Source of the DNA: Selaginella moellendorffii
Taxonomy: Eukaryota > Plantae > Lycopodiophyta
Assembly (NCBI RefSeq): GCF_000143415.4
Contig: NW_003314312.1
Span: forward strand, 797,510-861,509
Direction: 5' to 3'
DNA: 64,000 bases
Made by a program: the position numbers and the translations under genes. The notes under the pieces are model-generated. The model made no database searches. It was not told the origin of the DNA and was given only the letters and a program-made list of their open reading frames with translations. The stretch's first letter is position 1. Each line of letters opens with the position of its first letter. This document shows positions 33,820 through 45,000 of this stretch, piece by piece.

Positions 33820-35922
33820 TGAGAGATGGAGCAGAGAAAAGAGCTCGCGAGCGCTTTGAAAGCGTCCAACAGCTCAAAAAGAGTGGTGTTTCGCAACTGG
33901 GCGTTGTGAAGACAGTGGAAAACGACACAATATAAGTAGGCTGGCTATGGAGGAAAAGAGAGGAGATAACAAAGTCTCATGAGAGAACAACGCAGTCTTT
34001 AAGCAAAGAGCTGCTTCTTCGCACTGACACAAACCAAAACCCAAAAGAGAGAAAGCGAGCAGCAGAAAAAAAAAATTCCACTTTTCCTTTAGCCCGAGAG
34101 ATCAGCAGCAGAGCTTTGAGCTTGAATGAATGAAAGGGAAGCTTTTGTTTGTGTGTTCTTCAAGAGCAAAGGCAGAGCTCTTGGAGAAGAATGCTGGTGG
34201 CGTTCCAGGCTTTGGCTGGAGAAAGCCGCAATCTTTAATCATGGGTTTGGTGCTGGAGCTCCATCTCGCAAGCAATGCGGGTAGCTAACAATTTCTCCCT
34301 ATTCCCTCATCGATCCACAGTAGAACCTAGTGAACTTTCCTTTGGGATCTTTCTTTTTCTGGCCAAATTGCGATCAGTTCCTCGCAGATTCCAGGATTTT
34401 TTCTTCATGGGTGGGGGACAAACACGGATTGGAGCAGGATTAGCTGCTACCCATTTGGGAAATCGAGCAAACTTCTCCCCCAATTATTTTTTTCCTCACA
34501 GTCACAAGTTCAACTGTTCATTGCCAGCGAAATCATGAGATTTGTGGGCGGGGGCCAACCCGCGCGGACCAAATGTGGGAAGTTTCTTCGCCGCGGGATG
34601 GGCTACGCATTCCCACCTGATGAGACAAAAGGAAGAACTTCCGGCCAAATACAGAGCACTATATACAGTGGTGGTTTGGATCGATCATTCCAACTCGAGA
34701 ACTTGATCCGCAAAAAACTAGCTGGAGCCCATTATAGCTGAGAGAAAACCCATCAAAACCCACCAAGCGATCGATCAAAGTCGCACATTTTTGCCACAAG
34801 ATCAAGGAAAATCACGAAATGTCGTGTCACGTTATGAACAAGGAAAAAGTAACATTAAGAAAATCCATCGCCCAACAGCCGGGGAGTCGCAAAAACGTGA
34901 AGTTTGGATCGATTCGACTGGGGATGAGTAAGTACTTACCACTTTTCTCTTCGACGCTACGCCCCCAACCAACATGAGTTGTTCTTCCGTCCATCAAATC
35001 GATTGTTCGTCAATCCATTGGTCCTTTTGTAGCGTTCCCTTATGAGTCCACCTACTGGAACTTCCTGCAAACGTTTCCAGGGACAATTTCCAAAACTTTG
35101 CAGGCTTCGGGAACATACCAGCACGATTCTTGGCTAACTTCACTTTTTGTTCTTCACACTCTCTAGGCTAATGTGTCCAAAGAAACTTTAGAACATTTGC
35201 GGACAGGGACGGGCAGCCAACGAAAGAAAGCTTTCTTTCTCTCGCTAAGCTACTGTAGATCCTTGCTGCAACGAGCAGCGTGGAGCAGACCTCTAGGGAC
35301 GTGGACATGTTGCAAACAGGAGAAGAAATTGTTTTCTAGTCACCGATCGATCAATCGCATGAGCTAAAACAAAGCTCTGTGTGTTTCGTGGGTGTTCTAT
35401 CAAAGAATCCGAGAATTTGTGTGAGGAGTCCTTACGTAGGTAGCTGTCCGTTGCCTGCTGGCTGGCCTGGCGCTCATCGTTCTCAAAGAAAACTCTTAAA
35501 CAAATCTCATCTCCATGGGTTTTGACAAACAATGTCAAACAATCCCTGCGAATTTCTTCCGAGGTCCACACCGTACCTGTGGAGAAAAGATTTTGTCTGG
35601 GTTGTGTATGCTTGTTTTTTGATGGTTTCATGGTGTTCTTCGTGGCGCTAAGCATTGCTTTTGGTATGATTGTTTGATTTCGCTTGGCCGCTTTTGATTG
35701 CTTGCTTCCATCGCCAGCACCATGAGGAGAAAAGAAATATGTCTAGATTAGCTCACCCATCATTGCGGAATCGATGGATTCCTCCCCATCAATTCGCGAT
35801 TGTCAAAAGCTTTTCTACGAGCGAGGACGATGCATTTGCCGCGCCCCCAAGTTTAAAATTTTAAACATTAGGGCTCTTATCTGGGTTAGGGCGCGTGCCC
35901 TAAAAACAGAGGGACACTGGAT

Positions 35923-38172
35923 TTGCGTTGCAATGTGAGCGATGGCGGTGGATTCCAGCGCCAGGGCCAGGGCGCGGGCAATCGAAACGAGGTCAGTCAC
36001 TGGAAATCGAGCCGCCGCGGCAATGCGGCGGCGCTGCTGGCGGCATTGAAGGCCGCGAGCAGAGCCAGAGACATCGAGCGCGGCCGCCAGGCGCATCTGG
36101 AAGCCATCCATGGCGGGCTGGATTCCAGCGTTTTCGTGGCGAGCTCGCTCATCGATATGTATGCCAAATGCGGGAGGATGGAGGAGGCCAGGGCTGTGTT
36201 TGATGGGATTCTCCACCGCGACGTGGTTTCTTGGAGCTCCATCATTCTTGGCTACGCACAGAACGGGCAAGGGGAGGTTGCGCTCGAGCTCTTTGTTGAA
36301 ATGCAGCGTGCCAAGGCGGAGGATCCTTCTTCTCCGCAGGCTCCGAATTCCCAGACTTTCGTGGCTGCGATCAGAGCTTGTAGCAGCATGATCGACGAGA
36401 AGAAGGAAGGAAAAGTTCGCGAGGATCGAATGGCTTGTCTGGAGAAAGGCATGGCCATCCATGCTCGAGCTCGGCTGGGCGGATTGGACACGGATGGTTT
36501 TGTAGCATGTAGCTTGGTGGACTTTTACGCGAAGTGTGGAAGCATGGTGACTGCTTGCTGGGTTTTCGATCGAGTGGACGATCGCAGCTACAGTGACTTG
36601 GTGCTGTGGACTGCTCTTATCTCAGGCTATGCACACAATGGTGACGGCGATATCGCTCTAGAGATTTTCGAGCAAGCGAGTGCCTTCTTCGATGCGAGCT
36701 CTTCTTCTTCGAGCTCGTCCCAGAGTTACTCGACCCGGACGATTTTCTTAGCGGCCGTGAAGGCTTGCACAAGCATAGCAGCAAAAGAAGAAGTCACAGA
36801 CAAGCACAGGCTCGACCGCAGCGATGCTAACAAGTTCCTCAAGGCTGTGTCGCTAGAGAAAGGAATGGCAGTGCACTCGGCAGCGGCAAGGCTCGGGTAT
36901 ATCACGGCAGCAGACATTTTCCTGATGAGCTGCTTGGTGGATTTCTACGCAAAGTGTGGAAGCATGGTGGATTCGCAACGAGTTTTTGACAGCATGAGCC
37001 GTCACGACGTTGTCTCGTGGACTGCTCTTGTCTGGGGGTATGCACACAACGGGCAGGAGGAGATCGCTTTGGAAGTTTACGCTCGGCTCCAACAACAGGG
37101 CTGTGCTTCAAACTCCCAGACGTTCGTGGCTGCTCTCAAGGCCGTCGTCTGTCTCGCGGAGGCTGAAGTTGGCAAAGAGATCGACGGGAAAGTCGTCAAG
37201 GTGACGGCTTTGGAGAAAGGAATGGCGATTCACTCCCAGGCAGCGAGCAGCGGCAAGCAGCATCACACGGAGACTTTCGTAGCGAACAGCCTGATCGACA
37301 TGTACTCCAAGTGTGGAAGCATGGTGGACGCTCTGAGAAGTTTGGAGGCGATGGCTTCTCCTCCGGATATAATCTCGTGGACAGCTCTGATCCTCGGCTA
37401 TGCCGACGCTGGAGAAGGCAACCGAGCTCTCGAGATCTTTTCTCGAATGCAAAGTCAAGGTTGCCGTCCAAACGCTCATACATTCGTGGCAGCCCTCAAG
37501 GCCTGTGGCAGCATCTCGGCTGTAGGAACTGGAAGAGTGATCCACGGGGAAATCTGCAAGTTCGGCCTGGAAACAACACTCACTGCTGGGAACAGTCTGG
37601 TCGACTTCTACGGGAAGTCCGGAAGCATGGTCCGAGCTCGCCAAGTTTTCGACTGCATTCCAGCGCTCGACGTTGCGAGTTGGACGTCGCTCATGGCCGG
37701 ATACTGTCACCAAGGCGAAGCAATGGCAGTTCTCGACCTCTTCGTTGGGATGGTCGACCAAGGCGTGAATCCAAACGAGATAACTCTCGTGACAGTTCTC
37801 ACGGCTTGCAGCCACGCCGGGCTCGTCCACAGAGGCAAGCGCTACTTCTCAGACATGAAAGAGAGATTTGGTCTCACTCCCAGGATTGATCACTACCACT
37901 GCCTCATCGATCTTCTGGGACGAGCAAACTTGCTGGAAGAAGCACTCCAGGTCGCGAAGGCGATGCCAATGGAGGCTACTTCGGTGACATGGACGATCGT
38001 GTTGGTCGCGTGTGAGAAGTGGAAGAACATAGAAGTTGCGAAGATTGCATTTGAGGCCCTGGTGGTTTTGGACGAGAACCAGGCGGGATCTTACGTCCTC
38101 ATGGCCAATGTCTATCGCCAACTTCGACCATTTGTAGTTTCATCTGGAGGAAACAAAACGATCAAGCTGTGA
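35923..38172 (+). CDS. PLS-class PPR protein with extended L motifs and an E-type C-terminus; start codon uncertain
   Basis: 749-codon open frame; SLIDMYAKCG, DVVSWTALI.GYA.NG, ACSHAGLVHRG, HYHCLIDLLGRA; first in-frame ATG only at 36157. Confidence 0.88.
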   Translation: MRCNVSDGGGFQRQGQGAGNRNEVSHWKSSRRGNAAALLAALKAASRARDIERGRQAHLEAIHGGLDSSVFVASSLIDMYAKCGRMEEARAVFDGILHRDVVSWSSIILGYAQNGQGEVALELFVEMQRAKAEDPSSPQAPNSQTFVAAIRACSSMIDEKKEGKVREDRMACLEKGMAIHARARLGGLDTDGFVACSLVDFYAKCGSMVTACWVFDRVDDRSYSDLVLWTALISGYAHNGDGDIALEIFEQASAFFDASSSSSSSSQSYSTRTIFLAAVKACTSIAAKEEVTDKHRLDRSDANKFLKAVSLEKGMAVHSAAARLGYITAADIFLMSCLVDFYAKCGSMVDSQRVFDSMSRHDVVSWTALVWGYAHNGQEEIALEVYARLQQQGCASNSQTFVAALKAVVCLAEAEVGKEIDGKVVKVTALEKGMAIHSQAASSGKQHHTETFVANSLIDMYSKCGSMVDALRSLEAMASPPDIISWTALILGYADAGEGNRALEIFSRMQSQGCRPNAHTFVAALKACGSISAVGTGRVIHGEICKFGLETTLTAGNSLVDFYGKSGSMVRARQVFDCIPALDVASWTSLMAGYCHQGEAMAVLDLFVGMVDQGVNPNEITLVTVLTACSHAGLVHRGKRYFSDMKERFGLTPRIDHYHCLIDLLGRANLLEEALQVAKAMPMEATSVTWTIVLVACEKWKNIEVAKIAFEALVVLDENQAGSYVLMANVYRQLRPFVVSSGGNKTIKL

Positions 38173-38206
38173 AAGCCTGTAGATCTCTGAAGAAGTGCTC
38201 CTGTAG

Positions 38207-38295
38207 TCAGCTCATAAGACCAACGCTCTGACCAGCTGAGCTAAGGGAGCTTGACATTAATCAATCTTATCTCATACAAAGAGTTCCCAGAGTAC
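38207..38295 (-). pseudogene. Partial duplicate of the tRNA-Ile(UAU) 5' half plus the adjacent PPR 3' end
   Basis: GCTCATAAGACCAACGCTCTGACCAGCTGAGCTAAGGGAGC-TTGACATTAATCAA matches 40096-40190. Confidence 0.85.
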
Positions 38296-38754
38296 ATACG
38301 TCCCGGCATTGGAATAGTTTGTGAAATGGATACCTCATGCAATGCAGATGAATGTTCTAAGGTGCATCAGAAACGTTTACTGGGAAGTGGAAATCAGGAC
38401 TATTGACAGTTTTCAGAAATAATGCCATGGACGAAGAGTGGAAATAGTTTGACAGAGAGGGATTCCTCGATTTTTGCTAGAGGGTCATGGAAGAAATAAG
38501 GCTAGGAGAAGGAAGCAATGATAATTTCTATGTTCTGCTCCAACAATAAAAAGGATTTGATAAAAGGTTTTGTTAGTGGAGGATGAATGTTTTGTTACAA
38601 GAGACTCTGGGAAACGATCCATTTCTTTCCGATTATTTTGGGAAGCATGGTTTCAAAAGCGCTCCATGAAACTTTATTCATATAATAACTTAAAATAGTT
38701 TTGCATTAGAAAATAATTCAATCAAACCAATCAAAGTCCAGAAGCATGCTCCAA

Positions 38755-39070
38755 ATGCGAGTGGTCGACGAAGGCCTGAATCCAGACGAGATAACTCTGG
38801 CACGGCTTGCAGCCACACCGGGTCCACAGAGGCAAGCGTTACTTCTCGGACATGGAAGAGAGATTTGGTCTCACTCCCAGGAGTGATCACTACCACTGCC
38901 TCATCGACGAGCAGAAGAAGCACTCAAGGTTGCGAAGACGATGCCAATGGAGGCTGCTGCAGTGACATGGACGAAGAAGTGAAAGAACATAGATTGTGTT
39001 TGAGGCACTGGAGGATTTGGACGAGAACCTCTTACGGCCAAATTCGACCCTTTGTAGTTTCACCCGGAGA
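38755..39070 (+). pseudogene. Deletion-riddled copy of the 3' end of PPR 35923-38172
   Basis: Collinear matches to 37750-38150 (CACGGCTTGCAGCCAC, GAGAGATTTGGTCTCACTCCCAGG, GATGCCAATGGAGGCT). Confidence 0.85.
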
Positions 39071-39110
39071 AGTGTTCTTAAGTGACAAGTGGAGGATGAA
39101 TGCTTTTTAG

Positions 39111-39290
39111 GACGTGCTCATTCTGTGGGGGGGAGAATGATCAAATCTTTACTGTGGAACTTGCTCACCGTTTGCAGAGGTAAGAGAAGCTTTTAGATTG
39201 TGCTGGTTTTGATATGTGGATTTGGCAACAGGCATCTGAGTGATTCCAAACTGGAGATCATCCCTGGAGCAGCTCATGCTCCGTACAAGA
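39111..39290 (+). pseudogene. Alpha/beta-hydrolase C-terminal fragment (2 exons, frameshift in a G run)
   Basis: DVLILWG(+1 G)ENDQIFTVELAHRLQR|HLSDSKLEIIPGAAHAP with GT-AG intron about 39180-39231; typical catalytic Asp and His contexts. Confidence 0.7.
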
Positions 39291-40062
39291 ATTTCAGAAC
39301 TAAACCATTCAAAGCTTTAGAATGGTCAACTTGAGGGAATTTAAGGAGAAACTTTATGAATCAAAACGACTTGCCCTGGAACGAGATGCGGTCAGCATAG
39401 GTCAGTTCAGGTTGACCAACTTCTTGAAATCCGGCTACATAGACCCCGTGTCTGGACACATCATCTGCTCGTAGTGAAAATGCACCTAAATGCCGAGCAA
39501 TGTCTGGAGAGTCCAGAGATCAGGTTTGCATGTTAAACTGCACAGTGAGCGCCTCAAATGTGCAGTCCCTGTGATCAGATAGCTTTCCGAAACCCTGTGA
39601 TTGTACACAAACAAAGTTTTAGAAATAAAAAACGAAAGCAATCGAACTTACTCGTAGAGAAATAGAAGGTGTCCCTGATGGGAATATTTTCCTTATAAGC
39701 TAGAAAAGAAATTAATGTAGAAAATATCACCAAGCACAAAAAAGCAAAGTACAAAGTGAGCAACATATGCTACTGAAAGGTAAACAGGGGTAAAAAGTTA
39801 CACCACACTTCCGGTGAAGAGTAATAAAATATCTCAATCATGATTGTTTGTCATATATATAACAAACAATGTTTTATGATCAATGTACAATATATTTCCT
39901 CCATTTGATGCTTTTTAATTGAGTACAAGTGTAAACTAACTATGAAACCTGGGTTGCACTAGAACTTGTTCTAGTGATGAATGTTTTGTTACAAGAGAAA
40001 AGATCCATTTCTTTCCGGTTAGTTTAGAAAACAAGCTGTGAAAGCTTATATCCCCAAGGAGG

Positions 40063-40136
40063 TGCTCCTAGCGAGGTTCGAACTCGCGACCTTCGGCTCA
40101 TAAGACCAACGCTCTGACCAGCTGAGCTAAGGGAGC
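40063..40136 (-). tRNA. trnI-UAU: tRNA-Ile(UAU), full length but with two acceptor-stem mismatches
   Basis: Reverse complement GCTCCCTTAGCTCAGCTGGTCAGAGCGTTGGTCTTATGAGCCGAAGGTCGCGAGTTCGAACCTCGCTAGGAGCA; TAT anticodon; D, anticodon and T arms intact. Confidence 0.85.
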
Positions 40137-40158
40137 TTTGACATTAATCAAGCTTATC

Positions 40159-41763
40159 TTATGGTAGTCGTACAAAAGAGTTCCCAGAGTACGGAACAGC
40201 GCCAAGGAGGATAGCGGCATCCTTGGAGGAAACACTGTATGGCATTGATGAGAGGAGCTCGCGGGCTTCGATCGCATAGCCCGATCGTGCGAGAGAGTCG
40301 ATCACGCAGCAGTAGTGCTGTTTCGATGGCTGGATCTGGTAATCCATCGCCGCGGAGACGAAGAACTGGCGGGCAGCGGCCGGAGATCCCGTGTGGCTGC
40401 ACGACGCGAGCACGGAGACGAAGCACACTGCGTCGGGAAGGTCTGTGAGGAGCATCTGGTGGAAGAGATCGCGAGCGCGGGCGTAGTGATTTGGGCCATC
40501 GTGATCACTGGGATGGGACGTGTGGGCGGAGAGCATTGTGCTCCAGGAGAATCCATCGCGCTCCGGCATTCGATCGAAGAATTGCTCCATTGCCACCAGG
40601 AGATCGCCCGATCGAGCGTGGGCTGTGAGGATCGCGTTCCACGACACGAGGCTCTTGATGGGCATGGAATCGAACAAAGCCCGCGATTGATCGAGGCAGC
40701 CGATGGATGCGAGTAGCGAAAGGATGGAATTCCACGAGATAAGGTCGTGCTCGGGCATGCAATCGAAGATGTCCCCGGCATGATCAGCGTCTAGAGCTTT
40801 CGCGTGCGCTGCAAGGATCGAGTTCCAGGAAACAATGCTGTGCTGGGGGATCTGATCGAAGAGCGATCGGGCTTCCTCGATCCGGCCTTCCAGGCCAAAT
40901 GCGGTGATTAGAGCAGTCCACGAGAAGAGATTGCGCTCCGGCATTCGCAAGAAGAGATTCTTGGCTTCGTCTAGCCTCCCGATTTGGGAAAATCCAGTGA
41001 GAATCGTGGTCCAGGAGACGAGATCTCGGCTCTCCATTGAATCAAAGAGAGACTTGGCAATGTCAAGATGTCCTTCTTGGGCATTTGCTGCGAGAATTAT
41101 GTTCCAACTGCGCAAGTTCCACTCCGGCATGGATCCAAACACAAGATCTACCATTGCTACATTCTTAGTTTGTAGTGCTACTACTAGATGTGTGTTCCAA
41201 GAAACAATGCTTAGCATTGGCATCAAATCAAAAGCGTTTGATACAGCCACAACATGCCCTGCCTCGGCAAATGCTGCTAAGAGAGAATTCCATGAGATTA
41301 GATTGGGCTCTGGCATTCTATAGAACATCCGTTTTGCTTCTTCTAGAAATCCAGCCTTTCCAAGTCCATAGATCATCGAGGTCCAGGAAATCGTGTTCCA
41401 ATGAGGCATAGAATTAAAAACCCCTTGCGCCTCGCGGAGATACCCACAGCGCATGTAAGCCGTGATCATGGCGTTGCAAGCGACGATGCTCATCGCTGGT
41501 TCTGGAATAGAATCAAAGACTAGCTTGGCAAGATCGAGATTGCCATTTTCGGAGCAAGCACACAGGAAAATCACCCAGGAGAATCTGTTCTTGCTGGAGA
41601 TAGAATCGAAAACACGCTTGGCTTGATCCAGGCTGCCACAGCGCCCATACATCTCGATCAGCCGATTGGAGTGGAGGATACCGTCGCTGGATCGATCCAA
41701 TTGCGAGAACTCAAGGAGCTGCGAGTGGATTGGATGCGCTTGAGCGAGAAAATGACAATTCAT
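40159..41763 (-). CDS. PLS-class PPR protein rich in tandem short motifs, with truncated E region
   Basis: Intronless ORF; NRLIEMYGRCG, repeated FD.MP...L.SWN, SCSHTG, HYCCVIDSLARSG; first ATG at 41763. Confidence 0.9.
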   Translation of the reverse strand: MNCHFLAQAHPIHSQLLEFSQLDRSSDGILHSNRLIEMYGRCGSLDQAKRVFDSISSKNRFSWVIFLCACSENGNLDLAKLVFDSIPEPAMSIVACNAMITAYMRCGYLREAQGVFNSMPHWNTISWTSMIYGLGKAGFLEEAKRMFYRMPEPNLISWNSLLAAFAEAGHVVAVSNAFDLMPMLSIVSWNTHLVVALQTKNVAMVDLVFGSMPEWNLRSWNIILAANAQEGHLDIAKSLFDSMESRDLVSWTTILTGFSQIGRLDEAKNLFLRMPERNLFSWTALITAFGLEGRIEEARSLFDQIPQHSIVSWNSILAAHAKALDADHAGDIFDCMPEHDLISWNSILSLLASIGCLDQSRALFDSMPIKSLVSWNAILTAHARSGDLLVAMEQFFDRMPERDGFSWSTMLSAHTSHPSDHDGPNHYARARDLFHQMLLTDLPDAVCFVSVLASCSHTGSPAAARQFFVSAAMDYQIQPSKQHYCCVIDSLARSGYAIEARELLSSMPYSVSSKDAAILLGAVPYSGNSFVRLP

Positions 41764-42002
41764 TCGCAATTGGGAAGATTTACCAAGGCTAGTGTTTGCT
41801 AAAGATTTACCAAACAATGGGGGCCAGTGGGAACGCGAGGCCGTTTGCTAAGCTAGGCAGAGTATATAAATTCCTCTGTCTGCCCTAGAACAGAGGTGAG
41901 GGATGATGGAAGAGAAGAATGCCGTCGCTTTGCTCGTCTCCCTTCCAGGGTTTCCAGGGTTTCCAGGCGGGAGCGGCTGATCCATCGAGGCGCGCTCTCG
42001 CA

Positions 42003-44679
42003 ATGGCGTCAGCGGGGTCTCCATCGGCTGCTGCTACCAAGATGAAGAAGCCGGCGAAACCAGCTCCCAAGGTGACTCTGGAGAGCTTTGTGAGCAAGAT
42101 GCTGCCTCTTCTCGAGCTGGAGAAGGTGACTGTGTGGATTCCTCAGCGATATTTCGAGTGATTTTGTGGATGGATTCGTGTGTAGGAGGCGGAGATTGCT
42201 GCGTCTACCGAAACAATTGGAATGACGAACCCTGACGTTCTACAGCAGCGTGGCTCGGCTTTGAAAGGATTAAAGTGTGTTGGTGTCGAGGTGAGTGGCT
42301 TGTACACTTTGCAGCTGCTTCATATTTCTTTCTCGATTCGTCAGGCAGGATTGCTGGGAAAGTCTTTGCTTCTCTTGCAACCGAATTCTGGAGAGCTTCT
42401 TCCGTCTCACAAGGTACATTTGTTTACGTTCTTGTGGTGTTTAAGTGCATAATTTCTTCATTGCTCTTCAGCTGTCTACACACGATGTTGTGCTTTTAAA
42501 GCCAAACAAGGGAGGCTCGGCAGCTGAATCCCTGGGTCAAGGTGTTGTCTACCGCATAAAGGTGTGGCTGGATTGTGATTTGTGGCTTCCTGATGTTTTC
42601 GCTTGTCTTTTGGTGGTAGGATAAGTCTATCACGGTTGCTATGGATGATGTTCCAGACGAAGGCGTTAATTCGCTTCTTAGGCTGGAGAAAGTCGCGAAT
42701 GAGGTTGGTACTCTAGTCACGAAGCTGATGATACAATGGCCTTGGTTCAGGTCACCTATCAAAGACTTAAAAGTACATTGTTGGACCTTGGCAAGGGTGT
42801 TTCAAGAGGTCCAGCAACTGATCTGGTTCCTGTGCTTTTCGGCGAGAAGCCTCCCTCGTTTTCCAAGACACATGCCACGTATGAACCTTACAACACAGAG
42901 CTTGACGAGTCTCAGGTGAGCGTTGTTGTCCATTAGTTTTCTTGAGAAATGATCTGCATCGTATCAGGTTAAAGCTGTCAAAATGGCTCTAAGCGCACAA
43001 GATGTGATGCTACTTCATGGTCCGCCTGGAACTGGGAAGACGACGGCAGTGGTCGAAATTATTTTGCAGGAGGTTAAGCGGGGGCTCAAAGTTCTTGCTT
43101 GCGCTTCTTCGAACATTGCCGTGGACAACATGGTGGAAAGACTCGCCTGCCACAAGTCTGTATAATTTGCATGCGTCATTGTTTTTTGAATTTTATACGC
43201 AGGGTGAAGGTTGTGCGCTTGGGACATCCAGCTCGTCTTTTGCCGCAAGTTCTTGACTGTGCACTGGATGCTCAGGCAAGCATTTTCAGTTTTCGTCAAG
43301 CTTTCTCAAAAGGGGATTCTTGCAGGTACTCAAAACCGACAACAGCTCGTTAGCCAAGGACATCAGAAAGGAGATTAGTGTAAGTCTTTCATTCCTATTG
43401 TTTTTCATGAACTGCATGGCATTCTCTTTCGTTGTCCAGGTTCTCAATGCGAAGATTCTAAAGGCCAAAGATCGAAAGAGCAGAGACGAGCTAAGGAGAG
43501 AGCTGCGCCAATTGTCGAAGGAAGAGCGCCAAAGACAACAAAAGGCTGTCACGGATGTCATTCAAGGTGCCTCTGTTGTGCTCACGACCTTGACTGGAGC
43601 CATGTCTGCACAACTGCAAAAGGTTGACTTCGATGTCGTTGTTCTTGATGAGGCTGCTCAGGCCCTTGAGACGGCTTGCTGGATCGCCATTTTAAAGGTA
43701 ATACCATTCTTTCATTCTTGTTTTGGGATAGAACGAGTGTGTTTTTATGTACTTGTGCAGGGACGAAGATGTCTTCTCGCTGGCGACCATCTCCAGCTCG
43801 CTCCAACAGTACTGAGCAAAGAAGCCGAGAAGCAAGGCTTTGGAACAACATTATTTGAACGCCTGGCAGGACTGTATGCCAGTCAAGCCATGACAATGCT
43901 CACAGTGCAGTACCGTATGCACGAGCACATTATGGATTGGTCTTCCCACGAGCTCTATGGCGGCAAGGTCGGTACGGATTGGACTTTTTGGGACTGACAG
44001 CGAGACATGCTTTTTACCAGATTCAAGCACACGAGCTTGTGGCAAGCCGCAAATTATTCGAACTAGATGGCGTCAAGAAAACTCCTGCAACTGAGCACAC
44101 GCTCGTCCTCATCGACATCTGTGGCTGCGACATGGAAGAGTCAAAGGACGAGACTGAGAGCTCTTTCAACGAAGGCGAAGCCCGCATTGCTATTACTCAC
44201 GCCCAAAAACTCGTAGAAAGCGGAGTTAAGGCTATTGACATCGGAATAGTCACACCGTATGCGGCCCAGGTATCTATATATTGTTTCAGAGTTTATGTTG
44301 TCTCTAAGTTTCATGCAATGCAGGTGAATGTTCTGAGGCGCATGAGAAATGAGGAACAGCGTTTACTGGAAGTGGAAATCAGCACTATTGACGGTTTTCA
44401 AGGCCGGGAGAAGGAAGCAATGATAATTTCCATGGTTCGCTCCAACGATAAAAAGGAGGTGTGGTTTTCTTGTTGAGGTAGCAGTGACACTAAAAGCTTT
44501 TGCTTTAGGTTGGGTTCTTGAGTGACAAGCGGAGGATGAACGTTGCAGTTACAAGAGCAAAAAGGCAATGCTGTGTCATATGTGATTCGGACACTGTGGG
44601 AAAAGATCCATTTCTCAAGCGGCTTTTGGATTATTTTGAGAAGCATGGAGAATATTGTTATGGTCTTTATTATCAATGA
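42003..44679 (+). CDS. IGHMBP2: SF1 Upf1-like helicase, IGHMBP2/SMUBP-2 homolog, multi-exon
   Basis: [10 protein letters not shown] (Walker A), [65 protein letters not shown]; ends [11 protein letters not shown]. Confidence 0.95.
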
Positions 44680-44869
44680 CTTAATTGCGGTTTCTCTGCT
44701 AACGTTTGAGACACATTGCCACGATCAATCTCATTGTTTCACTTGCGCTTACGGATCTATTTCAAGCTCTTGATCCTTGACCAGACGTGTGTCTCTACCT
44801 TTCTTTTATCAAATGATATTTGGATTAAAAGCTTTGGTTGTGAAACATCTTTCCACCTCTGGTTTTTTT

Positions 44870-45000
44870 AGTGCAGCAGTAGTTCCACAGGTGATCATTC
44901 TGACCTTGACATGCTCCAACGAGTGAGCATTCGTGCAGCCTTCTCCCCTCTATCACAAACCCGCTGCTGCAATCCTCTAATCGGGAGCCTCTGACAAAGT
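44870..45000 (+). mobile_element. Copia RNase H-region fragment
   Basis: ATGCTCCAACGAGTGAGCATTCGTGCAGCCTTC...ATCACAAACCCGCTGCTGC is the reverse complement of 50418-50475 inside the Copia remnant. Confidence 0.6.

Noticed and set aside
33358-35864. Several 60-150 aa ORFs upstream of the auxilin-like gene
   Set aside because: Low-complexity GA/CT-rich UTR, intron or promoter sequence; no domain evidence
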